The notes under the pieces were generated by a model that saw only the letters and a program-made list of their open reading frames with translations, ran no database searches and was not told where the DNA came from. Shown one piece after another: positions 14,948 through 29,419 of a stretch of DNA of 64,000 bases (positions within the stretch are counted from its first letter, which is position 1; every line of letters begins with the position of its first letter). The DNA lies in assembly GCF_000315625.1 (NCBI RefSeq), contig NW_005434660.1, positions 296,711 to 360,710 on the forward strand. Reading direction: 5' to 3'. Position numbers and translations under genes: made by a program. Origin of the DNA: Guillardia theta CCMP2712. Its lineage: Eukaryota; Protista; Cryptophyta.

Positions 14948-17088
14948 CATTCTGGGGTCAAACCGCGTTGGTTCTCGTCCCATATTTTCAAGGGGGTGGT
15001 GCATGGGAAAATGGGGGTACACGGCGTGTGATTCGCGCAGGTTGAAATTCTGTACTGTTGAAATTCAAACCATGTTCAAAACTGTGATTAAAAGTGATTT
15101 TGGATGTTTAGCTTATCGTTTCCTGGTACCTTCTAAAATGTTTTAATTCTACACGCCATCACCCACTACCCCAGTGCGTCTTCCCTCGCCATTCTTCTCT
15201 CATGTCGCGAAGCTCTTCTCTGCGGATCCTTGTCTTCAGTGTTTGAGTTTTGTGCGAGCATGTTAGCCCAAGTTGCAGTGACTCGCAGCAGGTGACTCTC
15301 ATCAACATCTCTCTTCGTCAAACCCTCTGCGTCGGTTGGTGAAAATGTTATTATGCCATAATCTGTTTCAAAGTCTGGATCATATTTTTGAACGCATCCA
15401 TGGAAGGGGACGAGTAAACCACGAACACACACGAGCATGAAGAGACTCTCAAGTATTTTGTGAGAGGAGAAGGTGCAAATGAACTCGTTCCATCACACAG
15501 GTATGGAGTTCTTCTGTGGATTGTTCATTTTCTAATCGTTGTGCACAGGTAGCAAAAGCCTGGCGATGTTGAGAACTAGATTCTGCATGCTTGTAGCTGA
15601 AGCGTATTGCAAAAGTCCAAGAGCTTTATTCCATGCAGACTTTCATCTTTATGTGCTGGATGGAATATCATATTTATGAGAGATGCTTCACTGTGCCACA
15701 TGACTTGTTCAGATCATGTTTGAACTTCTCCGCCTTTGAATGATGCATCTCTTGTTGCATGACTTCAAAACACTTTGTGAAGATGCATAGTCTTGTATAT
15801 ATCCATGTCCACATGCTCAAAGCCTTGCCTCTTTGTGACAAACAAGATTGAAACCTCTTCAAGACAGCAAACTCAACCGCACGGTGTTGGATGGCAGTGC
15901 ACCTACAGCATGTGCTTCCATTCTGTTGTGCGCGCAGTTGGAGAAGTTCCATATGACATTGTGGTTGTCATTATCATTGTCTGGGAGTCCGTGTCAATTT
16001 GCTGATAGTTCGACATCCTGAGATAAACGCTTCGAATGAATAATAAATGTCAAATCAGATATCACCTCCAACCTTGATTCTACATTAATGTCAGTCTGGT
16101 TGCAACGCACAATGGATTCTTGCATGCCAGCTTACAAGCTTGAGTCTTGATCCCTGATATGATCTGAGGCTTAATTGGACGTCAAAAGCTCCACCATTAG
16201 GGAAGCCAAGCAAAGTTGATGTATTTCAGCAAATATGCAAACATGCAAATAACCTGAATGAGGAGAGTTTGAAGAGAGGAGGGAAGAATCAACAAGAGCG
16301 TCGTGAGAGTCAAGTAATTGGCATATTTCAAAGAAGCAGAAGTCATCAAAGTTGTTCTGATGATGTGAAGCAACGATGTATCGAAGCGTACAGAAGATTT
16401 GCCGTGCCGAGGAGGGAGTCAAGTGAGATGTGATTGCACCTTAATTAAGCGGACTCGTCATTATCTTACAGATTATCTTATTCAGTTCACTTTTCAGATA
16501 AAGTACATTACTCTGAGAGCCCAGAAGTCTTGAAGAGAAATTGATGATACGATTGACTTAGTCGTTGGAAATGTAGGATGACGAACTCATGCAGCCTTGA
16601 TCCACTTCTACAAGATCACCATGTCAGAATATGTGCTGGATTCTTGATGCCAATGGTACCTTGCGATCATGTTCTTACTTGGCGGTTCTTCACCTGTGCT
16701 CATGGTGGCAGCTCGCTGACCTTGCTGCTGTGCTCGCCCGGCGGCTCAGCATGACGGCTCGGAGTGCGATTAGACGATGGGAATGATGGGAGCGTTTCCC
16801 CACCCTCATTGATAGGGTGGGTCATCAAAATTGTTTTAGATAGTACAAATTAGCAGTTATGAACCGTTACTCAGTACAACTGTTTGTACCACGGATTCGA
16901 ATAAACAATTCATTGCCGTTAAAACAAATGGACACGCCAGTTCAAAATTTGAAGCACCCCTACCACTGATATTACCGAGCAACACCCCTCAAAAAACATG
17001 GGGTACACTACCACCGGTATCCTATGAGAACAGCATACGCATTCCTCTTTTGCGTTAATAAAGACCAACGCGGTTTGACCCCAGAATG
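14948..17088. mobile_element. 2.1-kb DNA transposon-like element with 25-bp perfect TIRs and a 3-bp TSD
   Basis: CATTCTGGGGTCAAACCGCGTTGGT (14948-14972) is the exact reverse complement of 17064-17088; TCC flanks both sides (14945-14947, 17089-17091). Confidence 0.9.
15166..16752 (-). pseudogene. Decayed intron-containing gene of unknown family inside the TIR element
   Basis: Frame MLSRRASTAARSASCHHEHR*RTAK*EHDRK|KWIKAA*VRHPTFPT...; stops and His/Cys codons explicable by C>T changes; last exon is ORF 15166-15438. Confidence 0.5.
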
Positions 17089-18877
17089 TCCGCCATCGGA
17101 TCGGCACCGTCCGACTCCGGCGAGTCACGCCGTGCGCCGTGCGCCCGCCGGCGGGCGGCGCCCGAGGCTGCCACCGTGCCCGGCGGAGTCCGATCACTGG
17201 CGCAGTCCGATCACGGCCACGTGACGCCCGGCGCGCCGGGCGCTCAACAGTGACGCCGGATCCGAGGCCCTCAAAATGCTCCTGGCAGCCGCAGTGACCG
17301 CTCACTGATCGGATCAGACTGAGTCACTGCCGCTGCACAGCCGCACGGTTTGAACCGAAGGTCTCAGGCTGAGGCTACGGCCGCAGTATCCGATGATAGC
17401 CTATACCGTACGGTCACGGTACTCAGGCCCGATCGCCGGACAGTCACGGTACCCGGCGTTCTCCGGCCCCCGGCCGTTCAGCCAAATAAAAGTTGGCCCG
17501 GCCCCGGCCCGGAGTCCGATCATGATGATAGCCTAGTACTACCGTAGCCTATCATAGTATACCGTACTGACAGCCTGAATCCGATCACGGTACGCCGGGC
17601 CGTTCACGGTTCTCCGGGCCGTTCCAAATTTGGCTCGGCGGCGCCGGGCCGGGCGGCCGCGGCGGGGCCGAGAGTCGGAGCCTCAGCCGCCGCTCTCAGA
17701 TCGACTCAGTGCCACGGTGATCGAGTCGGAGGCCGGGAGCCGCTCCGGAGTCCGGCGCCGTACGGGCGCCGTTCCAGCGCGGCCCGGCCGCCGGCGCCGC
17801 CCGACTCCCGTCAGTAAGGTCCCCTTCGTACTGATTCAAAGCTTTAACTTAACTTTGACTCAAGTTGAGTAAAGAAGGCCGGCCTGTCACGTGACCGGGT
17901 CCGGGCCGGCGATCCGATGATCGGGCCGGGGCCGCCCCGGCTCAGCGGCTCGCCAGGCTCCCTGACTCTCAGATCGACAGAAGTCCGCAAAACCGGCAGA
18001 CCGAATCCGATGACCCCCGGGGCAAAAACATGAAAAGCAAGGATTTCGGAGGAGATTTAGAGATTAAAACTTCTTAAAACTATCTAAGTTTTACAATCAT
18101 GAAAGGTAGTGTTGTGGTGGAATTGAGGTCTCAATCGAGATCTTGGATGCTCTTGTTGAGTCCAAAAAACGTCTTTTCATTCAGAATTTGGTATCTCTTG
18201 CTTATATTTCCTCTCTAAAAATACTTCTGAAGTATATCTTTTTATGAATTTAAAACATTTAAAAGTAACTCAGGGGCCAAGGAATCGACGGGGTTGTATT
18301 ACAGAGCCTAGCACCGGTCCCCAGTATTGGATGAGAAATGAACGGGTTGTTTGTAAGGATGAATCGCCTTCAAGGGGGTGGGTCAAATCCAGTTGTAAAC
18401 GATATTCTATTTGTGCAAGGGTGGTGGGGGTGGTGGGGGTACATATCCAGTTGGAATCGGGAATGAGGGGTTATTTCCCTATTACGGACGGTGGGTAGGA
18501 AATAAATCAGAACCAGAGGGGGTAGGGTGGTCAGTTTGTTGATGTTTTTGTTGGTTGGTTCTCCAGGACTTCATGTGGTGGGTACGTAAGAAGTACGGGT
18601 CCATTTCCACGTATTTGGACTTGTTTGAGGGGTGGGGGTAAACCATTGGAGGGGTTTAGGTGGGTGGTGGAGAGTAGGGGATAAATAAGTTGCAAAGATG
18701 TTTCGTAGCGCAAGGAGACATGGAGAGAAAGAACGACGAAGAGAAAGTAGTGCGAGGTCTAACAAACATGTTGACCTGATATTCGTCGAGGAAGGATGTT
18801 AGAAGAGAAGACTAAGATGACGAGGCAACTAGAATACAAAATACGGCTGGGGAGACATAGATAATATTGAAAGCAGA

Positions 18878-19815
18878 TGGTAGATCAGCAATTGGTAGAC
18901 TGTCAGATATTATTTCAGAGATGGAGGTATTGCATGGCGTGTTCCAGTGAACAACTAAAGATATTCATTCAAAGATACTGATTTTCCGTTTGCAGAACAA
19001 TCTTTGCTGCTTTTCAGAAACTCTGTAGAAGACTCTTACCCTTTTTCACCCCATCCCTTTATCTCCGTAGACTTCACACATAAAAAGACCCTGGACGTCA
19101 GTATCTACTGGACGTTTCTGTGAGCTTATCTCAAGCTCATCAAAATATCTCGCTACCGATCGTCTGTATGCAATCTGGTCTCAATCGATCTGGACATCTC
19201 TATTTGCATCAAACACCAACATAGACGGATACGACAACAACAGAATGGGTACGGACACGATTTGTATCCATTTGGGGCTCATTTTTTATGCAGCTGATAC
19301 AATCATCCCTCTCCACGACTTCTTGGGTCTCAACGACTACATGTCGGACGAGAATCGGTTCGCTCAGATGGTCTATATGTCGCTGGAAGCATGCTTCACG
19401 AAGCAACAGATAGAAGAATGCCGCGCTCGCATCATAGAGGACTCGGAAGAAGATCCTGAAGGTTTGTTCTCGTGTGTTGTTGTTATGCCGATCTCTGAAC
19501 GGCTCCCTGCTTCCAGATGATGTCGACTCCACCAAGGCAGCAAGGAAACCCTCTGCAGGCCGAAAGAGGTTGCATGCCGACACGTTTTCGGAGGAGCTGG
19601 AAATCTCCCCCTCCATCCTGTCAGGGTCGGAGACTCCTGACAACGTCTCGAGCCCCAAGGGCTGCACTCCCTGCGACACTCCGAGGAATCGGAAGAGTGA
19701 CGTGACGAGGTCACGGTATCTCCAAGACGACCTGTCATCATGCCACAGGCAAGCTCCTCCCACCGCAAGCAAGAGGCTGCACATAGCCTCAGGAGCAGAC
19801 TTCGAACTCTGCTAG
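18878..19815 (+). CDS. Hypothetical multi-exon protein with low-complexity C-terminus
   Basis: ORFs 19245-19520 and 19474-19815 with plausible GT/AG sites; start uncertain. Confidence 0.45.
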
Positions 19816-20027
19816 AACACGGAGGACCCTTCGGAGTTGTGCATCATTGTAATCGTAGTCACTTAAGTTAGGTTAATCGGTGATAAACTAAGGCCTCAAG
19901 TGCAAGTGATCTTGTCCGTGTTGTCGTTCTTTGCATCCCACTATCTTTACTCTCTGACCTCCACCATCCTGTAGAGCATAACTGGAAATTAGCTTGTGCA
20001 TCATGTCAATGCAATGATAGGCTGGCT

Positions 20028-23000
20028 TCAAGCAACTTCATAGTAAACATTCTCGGTCGTCTCCGCAATCTTGTCCCATGAGAACTCATGTTCGCACCTT
20101 GCCTCGAAGTAAGTAGCGCCACCGCCAGCCCTCTTCTCACCTGTCCCTTCCTCTCATTCCCATCTCCCTTGCTCGATCAAAGTTGCTGAAGACTTCCTTC
20201 ACCCCCCAGGCCACACTGTTGGGCTGCAGCAGGATCAGGGCAGAGCAGGAGCAGCTTCCAGCCTCCTCTCCGCTCACCTCGTTGTACACGTGGTACCCAT
20301 CCTCCCCGTGCCTGTCATGTTCTTCAGCAACAGCCTGCCCGTAATCACGTGACCTCACCTGACAAACTCTCCCGGCCCTCCACTCTGCGTAACAACCACT
20401 GGCTTGCCGCAAGCCCAGGCCTGGTCGAGAGAGAACTAGTCGGAGCAAGAGTGGACAAACCAAGGGAGGAGGAGGAGGGCTAGAGTGAACGAGCCAACGG
20501 AGGAGAAGATGAAAAGAGAGAAGACGAGCAGTAGACAAAGTGGAGGACACAAAGGAAGGAATGGAGACAGCAAGAGCTAGAGCGAGAAGAACCTCAAGGA
20601 CGACGATGCCAAAGGGTTCATTGCGAGAAGGCACGCAAACCATGTCTGTAGCTTTGAGAAGATCCTGCAAAGAAACAGATAGGATGAGAAATCAACGAGA
20701 GTTGTGGAAACCAAAAAGACAAAAGGAACAGCATTGAACAAGCTGCAAGGAAGTGCAAGTGTGGTAAGAGAAGTTGGAAGGAGGTGCGACAAAACAAAGA
20801 AGTGGGGAACAATCATTGAGGGACGAGCAAGAAGACAAACGGGAAAGAAGAAAAAGGTGGGGAGTATTCTCAAACCTTCAAAGGAGTTCCTGACATGGTA
20901 CCAAGGAAGCGGACTGCATGGCCAACGTTCAATTCTCGTGCCCTGCTCAAATTTGTGAGGAGGAAGTGTATGAATCCCAACGATTCTGCTGCCTGTTCTC
21001 CAGATCCGGCCGCATGTGACCGTCTCCAACGAAGATGACGACAGCATCTGATGGCACGGTGAGGAGAGAGAGAAGATGTCCATAACAGGAGAACAAGTTG
21101 AGAAAGACGATGAAGATAATCATGATTGAGAGATAAGATCATGATTCATTATCACATCAGAGCACATTGCCATGATAAAGATGATGATGATGATGATGAT
21201 GATGAGAACAACATCTGAAAATGAGAACATTGAATGATGAAAGGAGAGGAGGCGAGAAAAACACAAGCGAGGAGAGAGGTTCTTGTGATGACCGTTTCTG
21301 CACGATAGAATATCTGGGATGGCCTCAAGCAAGACATCTGGCCCCTGTTGAGAAGAAATCAGGCTAGAGAATATTGGCATCGCAAACTCGAGCAACCATC
21401 TCTTTCTTGCCTTCAACCCCTCCACAGTATCATTCATCTCGCCCCATCGTCTCCACCTCCACCCCTTCCTTGTCTTCACCCTCGCCCTCCACCACAATCT
21501 CCTCCTCCTCCTCCTCCTACTACTACTGCTACTACTCTATCGCCAGCACAACCAAACAACAGCCACGGCCACCACGAATTCTCTGTCTCTCTCAAGTGAT
21601 TTCACCTTCTGAACGACAAGTCGACCAACAAACAGAATCGTCGGCTGAAAGGCTCCAATGCCATACCTGACATAGTTTAGTCTTAGAATTCTCCGCAAAC
21701 TACTTCAAGTCTCCACGAATTCTTACCTCCCCTTGACGTCTGCACAATCAATCATCCCATCGAAGTTGTGCAATTGAATTCCGTTGTACGCCTGGAGACA
21801 TTTCAGTACAAGAACGGAAGCACGTCGCCTTCAGAGGCGGCAGATTGATCTCACCATCCTCAGCTTGTTGTCGCAGTGATATAAGGACTTTACTTCATCA
21901 CAGAGTCGACCAGACACTGCGATGACGCGATCCGCATGGTCGCAACTGTAACATCCTTCATCTCCTCCCCCCTCCCTTCCTCGTCTGCTGTCCCTTTCGA
22001 CTTGCTTCGCTTTCCCCCTTTCTTCCATTCTCTCCCCATCTCACCCTTCTTGCTCGATCGCTCTGATCCGAGCTGCTTGTCCATCGAAGTGAGTGTTTCC
22101 TGCTTGTCGCTCAGTGTTGAAATCACAAAATCAAAACACTCCAAACAACCGCATCGTCCAAACTCTGTCGAGTGGCAGGTTAAGATTGTTTTCCTTCCAA
22201 TCTTCTGTAACTGATACATTTGTCAAATACATCGCCATCGCAATCATAAAAATCCTTCGTTGCTTCTATGACATTCATAGTCTACCTTGATGTCTTTCCC
22301 TACATCTACATCTACCTTTGTCTCTTTCTTGACCACTTCCTGTCACGCCACTATCTTTATCTCCTCTTACATTCACGATGCTCATTGTCATGTAGCAATC
22401 TCTCTCTTACCTGCACGATTGTCTTGGCAGCGAGCCAGTCGTGAGCATGAATGATATCGAAGTGAGCCTGTTGGCACGTCAAACACATTCTACCTCACCG
22501 AACTCTTTGATGGACCTGCATGAAATTTTCCGACTCTCTGATGAACCAGACAAACGAGTTGCACATGTTGTTGCACTCGGAAACAAAGTCCTGCGCTTCG
22601 TGTTTCAACTCCTCTTGAAAAACCATTCAATCTCACCTCGTCGAGCTCGATCGGCACTCTGTGTATGTGGACATCATGAACAATCTCGTAGCTCTCTCCA
22701 GCCCTGCCAACTCTCCATCATCCATCCTCCCAACCTTCAAGCTTCTCCCCTACCCGCTGGCCCGAGCAAAAAGATGCACCTGGTCGCTCAGTCACAGACA
22801 GACTCTGATAAGCAGATACCACTCAAGATCACCTCGTGTCCTCTGCGAGCAAGAGCTGCTGCAAGCTCTGTGACGTGCGGCGCGACTCCTCCGACTTTCC
22901 AACAGCTGTTAGCTCACAACACAAGGACGAGGTCGATTCCACACCAGCGATGGTATGTAGAGATTCCTGGAATCAAAGTTCATGTCACTTCCTGAAGTCA

Positions 23001-23256
23001 AGAGCGAAGAGCTTGCCCTTACCCATGCACAGAGAGCAATCTTTAGCTGCCTCCCTCCTCCTCTCAGTCTCAGCTGATTCTGAGATGGGTGGTTGGGTCC
23101 CGGCAGAGCGGATTCAAGGAGGCTCCTTCCTCCAGTGATGTCCTTGGTTGGAACATAGCGATCGATCCTAAGAGAGGATAACAGTACCGAGTCGCTCGGT
23201 GAGCAGAACAACAAAGTGATTGTAGCAACAATCGAGAATGCGGAGGAAAACTTCAT
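20028..23256 (-). CDS. Glycosyltransferase family 4 (glycogen-synthase/MshA-like GT-B) with signal peptide and LRLRGG presequence
   Basis: KIALCAW..GGVAPHVTELAAALARRGHE, HDWL, CHSTEFGR, ADRVIAVS, YNGI, FVGRL..KGPDVLLEA, VPSRNEPFGIVVLEAW, FSWDKIA. Confidence 0.9.
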
Positions 23257-24878
23257 TCTTACGACCTTAGCAGGTCAAGGAGGTATCGAGCCTGAGACAT
23301 TGGTCACGTCTAGAAACCAACGAAAACACATGTTGTTCTCATACGTTGACGAGAAATCTAAGAAAACAAGCACATTTCATGGCATTCAACATTTCAAGCA
23401 ATATATGATAAACGAAACCAAGGAAGAGACCATTTCACGTGTTTGTTTCTTGACGTAACCAAACTATCATTCTCGACCCGTACCTATCGACGAGTATCTA
23501 ATGACCCTCACTGCACGCTCTTCGAGAAACATCAATGCCAGAACAGCTCGACTATCTCTGAGGCCATGGTCTGAGAGTTGAATCTCTCCTCTCCTGCTCA
23601 CTTCTCTCCTTCCTCTGCCCCTTCATCTCAGCCCAAATCCCCCAGTGACTAGCGGCCATTCCCACACCATATAACCGGGTCCGGTCAGGAATCACGAGGT
23701 ACGGGTCCTCAAACACCGGTGCAAATCTCATTAGAAAAGTGGGTACTAGTTGGAAGATCCTGTAATGATCGATGGGTGGGTGGTACAGCGAATCGATGCG
23801 TTTGGGTTGTTTTTCAGCAAGGCCTCCGAGTGATGATACGGTAGCGGCAGTTACATTGCAACTCGCCGGGGTCTCAGTGCAACCGTCACTGGCCGGCGCA
23901 CTGCCGGCCCGCGGCTGCCGCGGCTGCCGCGTCCAGTGCCGGCGGACCCGACGGGGGGCGGCTAACGGGCCGCCGAACAGGCTCCGTCCGCCCCGGCCGG
24001 GCCGCCGGCCGGGTTGTGACTCCGATGCTCAGCACCGTCACCCGGCGTGGCACTGCCGGGCGGCCGCCGCCGGTGACACGCCGGGCCGCGGGCCGCACTG
24101 CCACCAGTGGGCCACGGCGGACGACTCGCGCCCTACTGCGGCGGCCCCGTGCCCCCGGCCGGCCGTCACTGCCGCACGCCCCGGTGACGTGTGACCCTCA
24201 TCATGTGCAGAACGGCCCCCGGCCCGCGGCGCGGCCCCTCAGTGCTCGGCCGTTTGCCGCAGTGCCACGCCGCGGAACTAAGTTCCGAGTGCCACTGGGC
24301 CGCCCGCGGCCCGCGGCCCGCGGCCCGGCCGGGCCCGCGGCCGGATCGGACTCCGGCCGCCGGGCGGGCCCTCCGATGACCGACTGAAAGTGAGCAACGA
24401 ACCGGAATTAGAAATCCTGCTGCTAATGGCAGGGAAGGAAGAAACTGATTGGCAGGGAAATGTGAGATTATTTTACAGAGAAGACGAAGATAGAGGATGA
24501 GTTGGTAGAAGATGGATAGATTGGAGTTAAATTGATAGAAGGTAGATGGATAGAGGATGAGTTGATAGAAGATGGATAGATTGAGGATGGATCGAAAGGA
24601 AATGAGAAGATGGGTTGCTAGGGGATGGATAGAAGATTGGTTGATAGGAAACTTGGCGACAAATGGATAGGGGATGGATCGGTGGAAGATGGGTTGATAG
24701 GATATGGATGGGTAGGGGATGGATTGATAGAAGCTAAGGCAAAGCGAGAAAGCATAAGATTTGAGGGGAACGGTGAGAGGAGAGGAGAGACACAAATGAG
24801 AATCTAGGAATCACGATGCTTTAGCGACAAATAGCAAGAAAATGCGTTCAAGGTTTCTCTTTTGACACCGTGAATATC

Positions 24879-25933
24879 TTACTTGAGCTTTACAGCATGT
24901 TCAATATTTTGACATCTGATCCCATGGCGAAAGTCATGCCAATGCAAGAAATCATGAATCGTGAGCGATTGTTCCTGAATCCAATCAAGTGTGTTGAAAT
25001 CATCTCTGTAGGTATTATTGTTGATCAAAGGTTGCACGCTGGCGAGGTGAGTGACACTCAGCTGGCCCTCGCAGACATGAAGGCTAGAAGGTAATGATCC
25101 AGTGTGTGATCGTCTTCTCACATTGATCAGGTTTGGGCATAAGAAAACAGGCAGTGCGAGGTCTGGTGATCTAGACTGCTCTCCTTTCTGTAAATAATCG
25201 GGGAAGGCTCACTCGAACTCTCCATGACTTCCGATAGCATCTGCGACAGCTTCTCATAACTAGAGTGTATGCTCATAATTTCTGTATTCACAACAAAAAA
25301 TTCCTGTTTACATTATCGACTATTTGCAGAAATATCATAACAAAGAGAAGCAAAGAGATTATTGGCTACACAGAAAACCAAGCAAAGAGATTATTGGCTA
25401 CACAGAAAACCAATCAATTCATCACCTCCTGATGGTCCATTGGCAAGTGAAACTTCTCCCGTTGACTCTCCAAAGCATTGTTCGCGCTGCGGTCACGTTG
25501 CGATGGCGGCAATATGGTATCGGAATCAATAAGGGCCAAGTGAAACGCTCGCGTGTGCCCACCAGCGTTGACAGTTCCCGTAGAATATCCTTCACGTACT
25601 TGATTGGTCAGATGCCATCTAACATCTGAACTATCGTCATGAGAAAACGAGGTCGCTCCTCCGCAAGATCTCACCGCAAGTCCAATTTGCATTCACACGG
25701 ACCACAGTTCCGATTCCTCCTCTGCTTGGATCGGCCCTACCCGCATCTCTTCTTCTTTGCAGCCCTTGCTCGGACATCTTGACTAGTTGTCCTATCCGAG
25801 GCTTGACGTGTTTCCCGAGCAATCTCTCCTTCGTGAAAGGCACTGCCCCGAGCTCGCCATCGACGGCCTTCGCCTTGAAGAAACTTCGTCACTTTGCAAA
25901 ACTCATTTGATCTACTTGATCTCTGCTCCACAT
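24879..25933 (-). CDS. Hypothetical protein with a possible MIB/HERC2-like SH3-fold domain
   Basis: RIGQLVK...GGIGTVVRV...DVRW...YSTG...FHLAL resembles the Mib_Herc2 pattern; short introns. Confidence 0.45.
25349..25412. repeat. Perfect 32-bp tandem duplication, probably intronic
   Basis: AGCAAAGAGATTATTGGCTACACAGAAAACCA x2. Confidence 0.95.
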
Positions 25934-26027
25934 TTCCTGGCCTCTCTATCAGTCCATCAATCTATCCACCCCTTTTGTCCTCCCCTTTTGTCCTCCCCGT
26001 TTGTCCTCCCCTTTGTCCTCCCCTTTG

Positions 26028-26121
26028 TCCTCACCTCACCTCACCTCACCTCACCTCACCTCACCTCACCTCACCTCACCTCACCTCACCTCACCTCACC
26101 TCACCTCACCTCACCTCACCT
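26028..26121. repeat. (CCTCA)n microsatellite
   Basis: ~18 copies visible. Confidence 0.97.
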
Positions 26122-26352
26122 CCACCTCCTTCCCCCTTCCTGCCTGCCCCCAACCCGCATACATGCCGGTTCCATCAAACACTTACGTTGTCCATTTCCA
26201 ACGAACTCTAGGAGCAACCACCCCACCTACTCCTGCAAGGGCCGAAACTAATTACAGGACCCCTACATTAGACATAGTTTTCTACCCCACCTTGGTACCG
26301 CACTCACGACCTGTCTGTCTGTTGCCTGTGCCCCCGACATCGGAAGAGATCG

Positions 26353-29191
<2,839 letters not shown>

Positions 29192-29419
29192 CGAGAATGA
29201 AAGAAGACCAAGGGGCCTGTCTTGCCTTCTTTCTTCCTTGTTTACCAGCGTCTGTTCATAATTCGCCAAGGCTCTTCCTCTCGTTGTTTATTCTTCTTAG
29301 TAGCGTCTTACACCTTGATGGACATTCTTCTTATTCGCGCCTTCATAACCCAATCGTCTTCCATTCGTATCGTGATATCATACTCGTCGTGTTGAAGAAA
29401 TCCTGCGCCACCTTGGCAA

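Noticed and set aside
18029-23818. Possible TIR pair CATGAAAAGCAA / TTGTTTTTCAGC
   Set aside because: Short A-rich match with mismatched terminal bases and no TSD.
23772-24387. Arg/Pro/Ala-rich ORFs in GC islands
   Set aside because: Open in several frames because of GC content; no domain or splice support.
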